A stretch of DNA of 64,000 nt from Bacteroidia bacterium (GTDB lineage: Bacteria; Bacteroidota; Bacteroidia; AKYH767-A; OLB10). The translations under genes and the position numbers were made by a program. The stretch spans positions 11,339 to 75,338 of the forward strand of contig JAGOJO010000004.1 of NCBI GenBank assembly GCA_017995075.1, given 5' to 3'. Position 1 is the first letter of the stretch; the number at the start of each line of letters is the position of its first letter. The notes below the pieces were generated by a model that had not been told where the DNA came from, ran no database searches, and was given only the letters and a program-made list of their open reading frames with translations. This document shows, piece by piece, positions 28,178-38,101 of this stretch.

Positions 28178-29143
28178 ATGATCAGCGACAAAAAAATTCA
28201 GTCAATTGCAAAGAAAACGCTCACGATTGAGGCTGAGGCGATTCAAGGCCTTACTTCTTCGGTAAATAAGGATTTTGTGCAGGTATGTCACCTTATTCTC
28301 GGCAGCAAAGGCCGTGTTGTTGTGAGTGGAATCGGAAAATCAGCCATTATTGCTTCTAAAATGGTGGCTACATTCAATTCTACGGGTACTCCGGCGGTTT
28401 TTCTTCACGCTGCTGATGCTATTCATGGAGATCTGGGAATGGTTCAACGCAATGATGTAGTAATCGTGATCTCCAATTCGGGTAATACCCCTGAAATCAA
28501 AGTGTTGGCTCCTCTGGTAAAAAGTGGAAAAAATCCATTGATTGCAATGGTTGGCAAGGCTGATTCCTTTTTAGCTCAACAGGCTGATTTCGTATTGCTT
28601 ACTGCAGTAAAACAGGAGGCTTGTCCGTTAAATCTTGCGCCTACCAGCAGCACTACAGCTCAGTTGGCTATGGGAGATGCATTGGCGGTTTGTTTGCTGG
28701 AGATGAGGGGATTCACCGAGAAAGATTTCGCCCGCTATCATCCGGGTGGTGCGCTGGGTAAACGTCTCTATCTGAAAGTGGAGGATCTCTGGGGCAGTAA
28801 TCCGCAGCCAGTGGTCGGTCCCGATGCTTCATTGTCAGAGGTGATTCTGGAGATTTCTTCAAAACGTCTGGGAGCTACCGCTGTGGTGCAGAAAGGAAAA
28901 CTGCTGGGTATCATTACTGATGGTGACTTACGCCGGATGATGGAGAAGCAAGTGGATTTCCGCAAACTCAAGGCGAAAGACATCATGACCAAACATCCGA
29001 AAACAGTGGCTGGTGATACGATGGCCGTCGAAGCGCTGGCATTGATGAAGCAGTTCAATATCACTCAACTTGTAGTGGCAGATGGAAGCACTTATAAAGG
29101 ATTTGTTCATCTCCACGACTTGTTGAAGGAAGGGATTATCTGA
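28178..29143 (+). CDS. kpsF: KpsF/GutQ family arabinose-5-phosphate isomerase (SIS + tandem CBS)
   Basis: The SIS motif is GIGKSAIIASKMVATFNSTGTP and two C-terminal CBS repeats are present. Confidence 0.88.
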   Translation: MISDKKIQSIAKKTLTIEAEAIQGLTSSVNKDFVQVCHLILGSKGRVVVSGIGKSAIIASKMVATFNSTGTPAVFLHAADAIHGDLGMVQRNDVVIVISNSGNTPEIKVLAPLVKSGKNPLIAMVGKADSFLAQQADFVLLTAVKQEACPLNLAPTSSTTAQLAMGDALAVCLLEMRGFTEKDFARYHPGGALGKRLYLKVEDLWGSNPQPVVGPDASLSEVILEISSKRLGATAVVQKGKLLGIITDGDLRRMMEKQVDFRKLKAKDIMTKHPKTVAGDTMAVEALALMKQFNITQLVVADGSTYKGFVHLHDLLKEGII

Positions 29144-29278
29144 TTTTTGTTGCCTGATAAAGAAATTCAAAAGAATTTTTTTAATGTCAGACTCGTGAAA
29201 TTTTAAATGGTTTCCAGGTAAGCCTTGGTTACGATTTTTAAGAGTTTTTATAAAGGATTTCGTATTTTTGTTAGAGTA

Positions 29279-29587
29279 ATGAAGTTGTTGACCCTAAATA
29301 TTGATTCCATAAAGGCACTTTGCGAAAAGTATCATGTCAGATCATTATTTGCATTTGGATCTGTTACGCGAGATGAATTAACTCCATTAAGTGATATCGA
29401 TCTGATTGTTGATATAGAAAATACAGATCCTTTTACTTATACTGAAGATTATTTTGGACTTAAATTTCAATTGGAGCAATTGTTAAAACGTCATGTGGAT
29501 TTATTAGAAGTTCGTGCCGTTAAAAATCCCTATTTGAATCAGGTGATAGATAGTTCGAAGGTATTGGTTTATGGAAAAGGAAATTAA
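29279..29587 (+). CDS. mntA: nucleotidyltransferase (MNT) antitoxin of a HEPN/MNT type VII TA pair
   Basis: The motif is FGSVTRDELTPLSDIDLIVD. It overlaps the downstream HEPN gene by 17 nt. Confidence 0.8.
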   Translation: MKLLTLNIDSIKALCEKYHVRSLFAFGSVTRDELTPLSDIDLIVDIENTDPFTYTEDYFGLKFQLEQLLKRHVDLLEVRAVKNPYLNQVIDSSKVLVYGKGN

Positions 29588-29906
29588 AATCTGGCTTTCC
29601 GATATCAAACAGGCTATTTTGGAGATAAATCAATTTCTGCCGACGGAAAGGAAATTTCAGGACTTTCAAGGTGATATTTTGGTTAGGAGAGCTGTAGAAA
29701 GAAATATTGAGATTATTGGAGAGGCGATGAATAGAATTTTAAATCACAATCCGGATATCAATATCACCAACTCCCGCAAAATTGTTGATACCAGGAATAG
29801 GATTTCTCATGGTTATGACAGTGTCTCTGATGATATCTTATGGGCAATTATAATAAGAGATCTACCAAAATTACATTTGGAGGTAGAGGCTTTATTGGCA
29901 GATTAA
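29571..29906 (+). CDS. hepT: HepT-like (DUF86) HEPN ribonuclease toxin
   Basis: The 111-aa ORF carries the R-x4-H motif RNRISHGY near its C-terminus. Confidence 0.8.
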   Translation: MEKEIKIWLSDIKQAILEINQFLPTERKFQDFQGDILVRRAVERNIEIIGEAMNRILNHNPDINITNSRKIVDTRNRISHGYDSVSDDILWAIIIRDLPKLHLEVEALLAD

Positions 29907-30137
29907 TAGTTAAAAGACCAGATAATTATTCTTTATTTTATTGAGCAGAATTGTGGACTCTCAATATTTTAACTGAAAACCTGAAGTAGAAGTAAGGAAA
30001 TAGTGTTGGTTTGAATGCCTAAAATCATCTGTGGTGATCAATTTGAGTTGTGTATTCTAATTTTCACCTAATTTCATACCCGAATTAAATATTCAAAATA
30101 CAGGCTTTATCAACAGCCCATAATCTATTCATTTATA

Positions 30138-30950
30138 GTGAGTAAAGACCCGAATGAAGAAATGTCGTTTCTGGACCATCTGGAAGCGTTGAGATGGCAC
30201 CTTGTGCGATCGGCGGCTGTGATTTTATTGGTGGCCATCGTGGCATTCATGAACAAAGAGTTCATTTTCGATGGGGTTATTATGGCGCCTAAAAACACTG
30301 ATTTCCTGACGTATCGGGTTTTATGCGACCTCTCCGCCCGTTATGGGTTGGATATGTGTCTGGATAAAGTGGATTTTAATGTCGTCAACCTCAATATGAG
30401 CGGACAGTTTACCACGCATATGTGGATAGCTTTCATGGCTGGGTTCGTATTAGGATTTCCGTATCTGATCTGGGAGATCTGGCGTTTTGTGAAACCTGCC
30501 TTGTCAGAGAGGGAGATTGGTTTCAGTAAAGGAATTGTGTTCTTTACTTCGCTGTTGTTTATGCTCGGTGTAGCGTTTGGTTATTTCATCATTACACCGC
30601 TATCGATTAACTTTCTGGGGAACTATAAGGTGAGTGAGGAGATAGCGAATTCGATCAGTATGGATTCATATATCAATACTGTAACGGTGTTGTCGATGTC
30701 TACCGGTATTGTATTTGAATTACCCATGGTGGTGTATTTCCTCTCGAAGCTGGGTGTGATTACACCGGAATTCATGCGGAAATACCGAAAGCATTCAATG
30801 GTGGTGAACCTGATTATTGCTGCATTGATTACGCCTTCGCCGGATGTAACTTCGCAATTGATGGTTGCAGTACCTCTGTTCCTCCTCTACGAAATCAGTA
30901 TTTATGTGTCGGCGGCCGTCGTTAGGGGGAAGCAGAAAGAACTGGCCTGA
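30138..30950 (+). CDS. tatC: twin-arginine translocase subunit TatC
   Basis: It starts at a GTG. The N-terminus MSFLDHLEALRWHL is followed by 6 TM segments. Confidence 0.9.
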   Translation: MSKDPNEEMSFLDHLEALRWHLVRSAAVILLVAIVAFMNKEFIFDGVIMAPKNTDFLTYRVLCDLSARYGLDMCLDKVDFNVVNLNMSGQFTTHMWIAFMAGFVLGFPYLIWEIWRFVKPALSEREIGFSKGIVFFTSLLFMLGVAFGYFIITPLSINFLGNYKVSEEIANSISMDSYINTVTVLSMSTGIVFELPMVVYFLSKLGVITPEFMRKYRKHSMVVNLIIAALITPSPDVTSQLMVAVPLFLLYEISIYVSAAVVRGKQKELA

Positions 30951-31048
30951 GAGCTCTGATCGTTGGTTGTTCGTCAAATTTTTTAAGATAGGGCAATTCT
31001 TTGCGGAGTTCACGTTTCATTCCTTTACATTCGCATCAGCAGAATAAT

Positions 31049-31393
31049 ATGTCATTAGTCAACGATTTCAACTCCTACAGGGAGAAAATGAATGAGAAAA
31101 TCCTGGCGCAGGGGAATCTCAATTTAAAACGCTTCTGGGCACTGGATGCTTCTACGTATCAGGAAGGAGCACTGGATGTGAAAACCAAGGAGATGCTGGG
31201 CCTGATTGCATCGATGGTGCTGCGTTGTGATGATTGTATCCGTTACCATTTGGGAAAGTGCCACGAGCAAAATGTTACTACAGAAGAACTCTTTGAAGTG
31301 TTTTCAATTGCTAACCTCGTGGGTGGAAGTATTGTGATTCCTCATACACGCAGGGCAGTGGAATATTGGGAAGAATTGAAAACTTTGGAATGA
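31049..31393 (+). CDS. carboxymuconolactone decarboxylase (AhpD-like) family protein
   Basis: The CxxC motif is LRCDDCIRYH. I prefer the ATG at 31049. Confidence 0.78.
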   Translation: MSLVNDFNSYREKMNEKILAQGNLNLKRFWALDASTYQEGALDVKTKEMLGLIASMVLRCDDCIRYHLGKCHEQNVTTEELFEVFSIANLVGGSIVIPHTRRAVEYWEELKTLE

Positions 31394-31440
31394 TTTCTGC
31401 GTATAAAAGCCTAACTCTTAAATCCCCGGGATCTGATTTT

Positions 31441-33906
31441 ATGGAATTACGATTGAAGCGTCTTTATCTGCTCATTTTACTGTTGTTTCCATTGCTTGCG
31501 GTTGCTCAGCAAACGAAAGTGACAGGAAAAGTTACGGATGAACTGACCAATGAGCCGATTCCTTTTGCGACGATCGTTTTTAAAAATACCACCATCGGGG
31601 CTAATACAGATTTTGATGGGAAGTACACTCTGGTGACGGAAACACCGGGCGATTCCATTATCTGTACACTTGTGGGTTACAAAACGGTGAGAATGCGGGT
31701 GAAGAAGGGTCAGGAGCAGGTGATCAATATTGTGATGAAGGTGGCGAAAACGGAAATGCAGGAAGTGGTAGTGAAGGCGGGCGAAAATCCGGCGAATATC
31801 ATCCTGAAAAAAGTGATTAAGCATAAAGATATTAATGATCCGAATAAACTCGAGACGTACCAGTATGAAGTGTACAATAAACTCGAGTTCGATATGACGA
31901 ATATTTCGGATAAGATGAAGAAGAATAAATTGCTGAAACCATTCGCTTTTGTATGGGATAATATTGATAGCTCTGAGTCGAATAGTAAACCTTTTCTTCC
32001 GTTTTTTATCTCAGAAACCTTATCGGATATCTATTTCCGCACAAGTCCGCAAGGTAAACGGGAGGTGATTAAGGCAAGTAAAATTTCCGGTCTTGAAAAT
32101 GCTTCGGTGACGCAGTTTCTGGGCGATATGTATCAGCGGATTAATGTGTACCAGAATTTTATCGATCTCTTCGGTAAAGGATTCATCAGTCCGATTTCGG
32201 ATATCGGTACAGTGTACTATAAATACTATCTGGTCGATTCAACTTTTATTAACGACCAATGGTGCTACAAGCTGAAGTTTAAACCTCGTCGTCCGCAGGA
32301 ACTGACTTTTACAGGCGATTTCTGGGTGCACGATACTACCTGGGCTATTCGTAAAATCTCCATGCGTATTGCTGATGATGCGAATATCAATTGGGTGGAG
32401 GATATGGCGGTGGTGCAGGAGTATTCCTATGTGGATGGAAAGCAATGGATGCTGTCGAAAGATATGCTGGTGCTGGACTTCGCTGCCCGGGAGGAGGGGA
32501 TGAGCTTTATCGGACGCAAAACCACTTCGTATAAAGATATTAAAATCAATCAGCCCATTTCAGATGCAATTTTTAAAGGGACGGAGAATATTGTGGTGGA
32601 GGATCAGGCGTTGCAGCGTAGTGCTGATTTCTGGGATGAGTCGCGGCATGATTCGCTGGCCGAACGTGAGTTGAAAATTTACCATATGGTGGATACCATA
32701 AAGACTTTGCCGGCTTTCAAAACATATGTAGATATTATCACTTTGTTTTTTACCGGATATAAAGATATTGGTCCGATCGAGCTGGGGCCCTATTATACTC
32801 TTTATTCCCGGAATCCGATTGAAGGCGATCGTTTCCGTATCGGATTCAGAACAAGCGATGAGATCAGTAAACGTTTTCAGCTGGAGGCTTACCTCGCGTA
32901 TGGACTCAAGGATGAAAAGTTCAAGTACATGGGTTCGCTCAAGTATAAAATTGCAGATAAACCGCGACAGTTTGCAGGAGTGAAGTATCGGTATGATGTG
33001 GAGCAACTCGGACAAAGTGATAATGCGTTTCAGGATGATAATATTCTTTCTTCGTTGTTCCGTCGTAATCCTGCTACCAAACTGAATATTTCCGAGACCG
33101 AACGCGCCTGGTATGAAATTGAGTGGTTCCCCGGTTTATCGAATAAAGTGACTTTGCAGCGAAGTTCGTTTCAGCCACTCGGTGATCTGGATATCAGCTA
33201 TTATGCAAACGATGCGCGAACTAAAATCAAGAATGATTTTACGGTGACACAAATTACCTTCTTTACGCGGTTTGCTTATCGTGAGAAATTTGTTGCCGGT
33301 AAAGTGGATCGTATCAGTCTGGGAAGTGATTATCCCGTGATTCAGGTGAATTTTACGAAAGGCATTAAAGGTGTTCTTGATGGCGATTTCGATTATCATA
33401 AACTTTCTATCCGTGCAGATGATCGTTTACCTCTCGCTCCGTTCGGTTATACGTATTGGGTGCTGAGTGCAGGTCGTACATGGGGCAAGGTGCCGTATCC
33501 TTTGCTGGAAATTCATCCGGGCAATGAAACTTATTTCTATGATTTTGCCGCATTCAACATGATGAACTTCTTTGAATTCGTGAGCGACTATTATTTCAGT
33601 GGTTATGCTACTCATCACTTCGATGGTTTCTTCCTCGATAAAATTCCACTGATGCGTAAACTCAAATGGAGAGAGGTGGCTCAGGTGAAAGCAGTTTGGG
33701 GTGAATTGAAAAGTTCCAATCTGAGTTTGCAAACGAATAACAGCCTGTTTTACTCTCTTAATAAAAAGCCATATGTGGAGGCCGGTCTGGGAGTAGAAAA
33801 CATCTTCCGGATTATCCGTGTTGATTTTTTATGGAGAATGAGCTATCTCGAAAATCCGAATATTTCGAAGTTCGGGTTCCGTGGAAGCCTGCAGCTTACT
33901 TTCTGA
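31441..33906 (+). CDS. CarboxypepD_reg-like + DUF5686-type outer-membrane protein
   Basis: The signal peptide is followed by KVTGKVTDELTNEPIPFATIVFKNT, and the long C-terminal region is beta-rich and ends in F. I prefer the ATG at 31441. Confidence 0.7.
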   Translation: MELRLKRLYLLILLLFPLLAVAQQTKVTGKVTDELTNEPIPFATIVFKNTTIGANTDFDGKYTLVTETPGDSIICTLVGYKTVRMRVKKGQEQVINIVMKVAKTEMQEVVVKAGENPANIILKKVIKHKDINDPNKLETYQYEVYNKLEFDMTNISDKMKKNKLLKPFAFVWDNIDSSESNSKPFLPFFISETLSDIYFRTSPQGKREVIKASKISGLENASVTQFLGDMYQRINVYQNFIDLFGKGFISPISDIGTVYYKYYLVDSTFINDQWCYKLKFKPRRPQELTFTGDFWVHDTTWAIRKISMRIADDANINWVEDMAVVQEYSYVDGKQWMLSKDMLVLDFAAREEGMSFIGRKTTSYKDIKINQPISDAIFKGTENIVVEDQALQRSADFWDESRHDSLAERELKIYHMVDTIKTLPAFKTYVDIITLFFTGYKDIGPIELGPYYTLYSRNPIEGDRFRIGFRTSDEISKRFQLEAYLAYGLKDEKFKYMGSLKYKIADKPRQFAGVKYRYDVEQLGQSDNAFQDDNILSSLFRRNPATKLNISETERAWYEIEWFPGLSNKVTLQRSSFQPLGDLDISYYANDARTKIKNDFTVTQITFFTRFAYREKFVAGKVDRISLGSDYPVIQVNFTKGIKGVLDGDFDYHKLSIRADDRLPLAPFGYTYWVLSAGRTWGKVPYPLLEIHPGNETYFYDFAAFNMMNFFEFVSDYYFSGYATHHFDGFFLDKIPLMRKLKWREVAQVKAVWGELKSSNLSLQTNNSLFYSLNKKPYVEAGLGVENIFRIIRVDFLWRMSYLENPNISKFGFRGSLQLTF

Positions 33907-33947
33907 TCCGGGTTGTGAAATGTAATGTCGACAGGAAGACTATTCTC

Positions 33948-34673
33948 TTATCGCAATTCGAAGTTCTTTCCTAGATAAACACGACGTACCGTTTCATCAT
34001 CTGCCAGTTCCTGTGCAGTACCTTCTTTCAAAATCTTTCCTTCGAAAAGTAAATAGGCGCGATCAGTAATCGTTAATGTTTCGTGTACGTTATGGTCGGT
34101 GATCAGAATTCCGATGTTCTTTTCCTTGAGCTTGTGAACGATGCCTTGAATGTCTTCTACTGCGATCGGATCTACTCCCGCGAATGGTTCATCCAGCAGA
34201 ATGAATTTCGGGTTTACCGCTAAGCAACGTGCTATCTCTGTGCGTCGACGCTCTCCACCTGAAAGTACATCACCGCGACTCTTCCTGATTTTTTGTAATC
34301 CAAACTCGTTCAACAGATCTTCGGTTTTAGCCTCTTGTTCCTGCTTCGAGAGTTTGGTCATTTCCAATACCGCACGGATATTGTCTTCTACACTTAACTT
34401 CCGGAAAACAGAGGCCTCCTGCGCCAGGTAGCCAATTCCCATCTGCGCCCGCTTGTACATCGGCTCTTCAGTGATATCGGTATCATCCAGTAAAATAGTG
34501 CCTTCGTTGGGTTTGATGAGTCCCACTGTCATGTAAAAGGTAGTGGTTTTACCGGCACCATTCGGACCAAGTAGTCCAACGATTTCACCCTGCTCTACAC
34601 GAATAGATACATTGTCGACTACCGTGCGTCGTTTGTACCGCTTAACCAGCTTTTCACTTCGAAGTATTGACAT
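33948..34673 (-). CDS. lptB: LPS export ABC transporter ATP-binding protein
   Basis: It carries [17 protein letters not shown] and [11 protein letters not shown], and has the LptB-typical size of 241 aa. Confidence 0.88.
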   Translation of the reverse strand: MSILRSEKLVKRYKRRTVVDNVSIRVEQGEIVGLLGPNGAGKTTTFYMTVGLIKPNEGTILLDDTDITEEPMYKRAQMGIGYLAQEASVFRKLSVEDNIRAVLEMTKLSKQEQEAKTEDLLNEFGLQKIRKSRGDVLSGGERRRTEIARCLAVNPKFILLDEPFAGVDPIAVEDIQGIVHKLKEKNIGILITDHNVHETLTITDRAYLLFEGKILKEGTAQELADDETVRRVYLGKNFELR

Positions 34674-34864
34674 CAGTGCGAAATTAGTCTTAAATTGTAA
34701 AATTACCCTTACTTTTTTGACCGAAACCCCAAAACTCGCCCCAAATAGTAAAAATCCGAATCCTCCGTGCCTCTCCGTGCCCTTAGTGTCTCCGTGGTAA
34801 AACCCGAGTGGATATTGAAATCCCTGCTGTTATTCTTTCCAATAGTATTCGGCGGTAGAGTATA

Positions 34865-34914
34865 GAGGGAACGCGGATGACGCTGATTTAATAGATTAAC
34901 GCGGATTTATTTGG
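34865..34914 (+). repeat. degenerate member of the CGGAT-rich repeat family
   Basis: GAGGGAACGCGGATGACGCTGATTTAATAGATTAACGCGGATTTATTTGG has the same start and end words as copies 1-4 but no palindrome. Confidence 0.55.
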
Positions 34915-34916
34915 TG

Positions 34917-35531
34917 TTAATGTCCTTCCGGCGCTTTTATTCCTGCGTAAATAGAAATGGGCAGCCGGTTTTCTTTTGGCGGTACGGGACAAGAATATTT
35001 TCCGCTGTAGGCGCAGTAGGGATTGTAGCATTGGTTAAAATCAATCACCATACTATCGGTATCGGGTATCCGAAGATCGATGTAGCGTCCGCCACCGTAG
35101 GAGTCAAAGCCGTTAGTTGGATCTGTAAATGGAAGGAAGATATAGTTTTCATATCCTTCGCGTTTGGATAACTCTACGTTTTGGTAAGCATAAAGAACAC
35201 AAACTGTATCCTTGAGAGTGAAAGTGAGCTTGAAAAGTTTTTTATACTCCGGTTTGCGATCTGTTGTGGTCTGCATTAAAAACTTTTCCGGTTTCTTCAG
35301 CTTTTCAACTTTGGCAATCACCCGATAATTTAAATCTGTAGTGAAAAACTGGTGGCCGGTGAAATGTGAAACACCCTCCGGTCCAAGCGGACTCTCTTTC
35401 GGATTACGGTAATCTTCATTCAGGGTGAACCGAAAATTCTCAATTTCCTGTCGCGCAGCTATAGAATCTGTTTGCGCACATCCTGATTGAAAGGTGAGCA
35501 GAAAAATACCGGTAATCAGCAAGCGGATCAT
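34917..35531 (-). CDS. DUF1684 domain protein
   Basis: The C-terminal pattern is NPYCAYSGKYSCPVPPKENRL. Confidence 0.75.
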   Translation of the reverse strand: MIRLLITGIFLLTFQSGCAQTDSIAARQEIENFRFTLNEDYRNPKESPLGPEGVSHFTGHQFFTTDLNYRVIAKVEKLKKPEKFLMQTTTDRKPEYKKLFKLTFTLKDTVCVLYAYQNVELSKREGYENYIFLPFTDPTNGFDSYGGGRYIDLRIPDTDSMVIDFNQCYNPYCAYSGKYSCPVPPKENRLPISIYAGIKAPEGH

Positions 35532-35536
35532 CTGAA

Positions 35537-35788
35537 CTATGCTTTCTCCAGACGGAACTCGTAGGTTTCCATGATCGGATTAGCAAGCAGTTTTTTGCAG
35601 GCTGTATCCACTTTTTCCTGGGCTTCCTGCTCGTTGCTGGCCTCTACTTCCAGAGTGATGTGTTTGCCAATACGGACATTCACGATTTCACTGAGGTTGA
35701 GGTTTTTCATGCTGGAACTTACTGCACGTCCTTGTGGATCGAGCAGGGCCTTTTGTGGCATTACGTTGATATGTGCGTTGAATTTCAT
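35537..35788 (-). CDS. purS: phosphoribosylformylglycinamidine synthase subunit PurS
   Basis: The 83-aa ORF contains LLDPQGRAV. Confidence 0.88.
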   Translation of the reverse strand: MKFNAHINVMPQKALLDPQGRAVSSSMKNLNLSEIVNVRIGKHITLEVEASNEQEAQEKVDTACKKLLANPIMETYEFRLEKA

Positions 35789-36498
35789 GTCGTCTGTTTA
35801 TTTGGTGGGAAAATCAAGGACAAAATTACATAGAAAATGATGATGACCGGCATAGCTGCATAACGGAATAATACCATTGACACCAAAGCGATGATCAGGA
35901 GTAAGTACTGGCCTTTATTTGAGTTCCAATCGTATGATTTGAATTTGAGCGAGAGAAGGGGAATCTCTGCCACCAGTAACCAGGAGCTGACCAGTGCAAA
36001 TCCGATAAGGAATCCGGGATGGTAAATAATAGGGGATAAACCAAACTCATCATGCCCTAAAATAAATGCGAAAGATATGACAATCAGTGTGTTGGCTGGA
36101 GTTGGAACACCGATAAAATAGCTGGTCTGGCGGGTGTCAATATTGAATTTAGCCAGACGAAGAGCTGAAAAAAGTGTCACCAGCAACATAGTGTGTTGGC
36201 CGATGTAGAGGGCTGTTTCACTGTAATCGGCTGTTGCGGCACCCATGTAAAAAATAGTATAAAGCATTAGCCCGGGAACAACACCGAAAGTGACCATGTC
36301 CGCCAGCGAGTCGAGCTGTTTACCGATTTCAGAATAGGCCTTCAGTAAGCGGGCGAGGAATCCATCCAGAAAATCCAGCACAGCAGCTATTAATACCAGC
36401 ACACCGGCATATTCCAGCTTTGCATTGAAAATGGCGATGATAGCCATACACCCGCAAAGCAGATTGCCCAGGGTGATGATGTTTGGAAGATGTCGCAT
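35785..36498 (-). CDS. pssA: CDP-diacylglycerol--serine O-phosphatidyltransferase
   Basis: The CDP-alcohol transferase motif is DFLDGFLARLL...G.QLDSLADMV, and the protein is multi-TM. Confidence 0.85.
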   Translation of the reverse strand: MRHLPNIITLGNLLCGCMAIIAIFNAKLEYAGVLVLIAAVLDFLDGFLARLLKAYSEIGKQLDSLADMVTFGVVPGLMLYTIFYMGAATADYSETALYIGQHTMLLVTLFSALRLAKFNIDTRQTSYFIGVPTPANTLIVISFAFILGHDEFGLSPIIYHPGFLIGFALVSSWLLVAEIPLLSLKFKSYDWNSNKGQYLLLIIALVSMVLFRYAAMPVIIIFYVILSLIFPPNKQTT

Positions 36499-36995
36499 GG
36501 GACGAAATTAGATGATTTCACCTTTGTAGGCAGTGTTCTTGGCTGATCCCTGCATGTCTTCGAGGCAAAAAAAAGCGGGAATACAGATTTCAGTCCAGTT
36601 GATCTGTAACTATTTAATATTCAGGCAGAAAAATTGATTTCGAGTAGGTCTTTTGCCAATACGATCCAAATTCCACCTGTCTGTTAGTCAAATTTCAAGA
36701 CTTAGGCAGGTAAATTTTTATCCATCTTTTGAAGATGTTTGCCAATTGAAATTCTCCATCCGCTTCTAAAATCTTCAGGAAGTCCCCTTCATGTACTGCT
36801 GTTACAACGGACTACTTTTCGAAGGGAGATTCAACGGCTTCTGTTGATAATTCAGAGAGGTCTCAACCGTTTTCGGAACAAACCTGCTTACTTTTGATTT
36901 TCAAAACCTTTACACCCCATTCACCGTAAAAAATGAAACCCCCTCAGTATACTTTTTACTGATGGAAATCGTTTGGAATCGGTATCCATAACACT

Positions 36996-38090
36996 ATGCA
37001 ACTAAAACGAATTTATCAGTTTCTGCTCCCTGCAGTCATGGCCTTGCCCGGAATCTCTTCTGCTCAAGCGCCGAAATACAGTAATGAATTTCTGGCCATT
37101 GGAGTGGGAGCCCGTGGACTTGGGTTGAGTGGAGCAATGTCGGCGATTGTCGATGATGCTACTGCGGGCTACTGGAATCCGGCCGGTTTGACACAAGTAA
37201 AGGGAAATATTCAGATTGCGCTGATGCACAGTGAATATTTTGCCGGAATCGCGAAGTATGACTACGGTTCTTTCGCAGCACCTATTGATGAAACACGTAC
37301 AATTGGTGTTTCAGTAATCCGTTTTGCGGTAGATGATATCATTGATTCTACAGATCTCATCGACAAGGATGGTAATATCGATTACGATCGTCTGAAATCA
37401 TTTTCGTCGGCGGATTATGCGTTCCTTTTTTCCTATGCGCAAAAGATGAAAATCGAAGGACTTCGGATAGGCGGTAACGTTAAGGTTGTTCACCGTAAGG
37501 TGGGTGAGTTTGCAAAGGCGTGGGGATTCGGATTGGATCTGGGTGCTCAGTATGAAACAGGAAAATGGCGTTTCGCTGCAGTGGGTAAGGATATTACTTC
37601 TACATTCAATGCATGGTCATATAATACCGAAAATCTGGAAGCTGTATTTGCTCAAACGGGAAATGAAATTCCTGAGAATGGACTCGAAGTTACACTCCCT
37701 CGACTAGTGTTAGGTTCAGCTTACAAAACCAATCTGGCGAAAAAAATTACCGTGCAGCCTTCTCTCGATCTTGATATTACTTTCGATGGTAAACGAAATG
37801 TTCCGGTTAAAACAGATGTTGTGAGTATTGATCCGAAGATAGGTCTGGAATTCGGTTACGATGATTTTATTTTCCTGCGTGCAGGATTGGGAAACATCCA
37901 GACCATTAAAAATATTGATGCATCTACTTCTACCAGTATGCAACCGAATATCGGTGTAGGACTTCGTTTAAAAAATGTAACGATCGATTATGCCCTGACC
38001 AATATCGGCAACACTGCTGAGTCACTCTATTCAAATGTATTCTCGATCCGCTTCGCTATTTTCAAGAAGCAAGGATCCGTTAAAAAATAA
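36996..38090 (+). CDS. PorV/PorQ-family outer-membrane beta-barrel protein
   Basis: The signal peptide is followed by an N-terminal motif typical of the PorV/PorQ family (NEFLAIGVGARGLGLSGAMSAI..DATAGYWNPAGL). The gene ends 11 nt before the C25 peptidase gene. Confidence 0.7.
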   Translation: MQLKRIYQFLLPAVMALPGISSAQAPKYSNEFLAIGVGARGLGLSGAMSAIVDDATAGYWNPAGLTQVKGNIQIALMHSEYFAGIAKYDYGSFAAPIDETRTIGVSVIRFAVDDIIDSTDLIDKDGNIDYDRLKSFSSADYAFLFSYAQKMKIEGLRIGGNVKVVHRKVGEFAKAWGFGLDLGAQYETGKWRFAAVGKDITSTFNAWSYNTENLEAVFAQTGNEIPENGLEVTLPRLVLGSAYKTNLAKKITVQPSLDLDITFDGKRNVPVKTDVVSIDPKIGLEFGYDDFIFLRAGLGNIQTIKNIDASTSTSMQPNIGVGLRLKNVTIDYALTNIGNTAESLYSNVFSIRFAIFKKQGSVKK

Positions 38091-38101
38091 GTTGTTACCG
38101 C

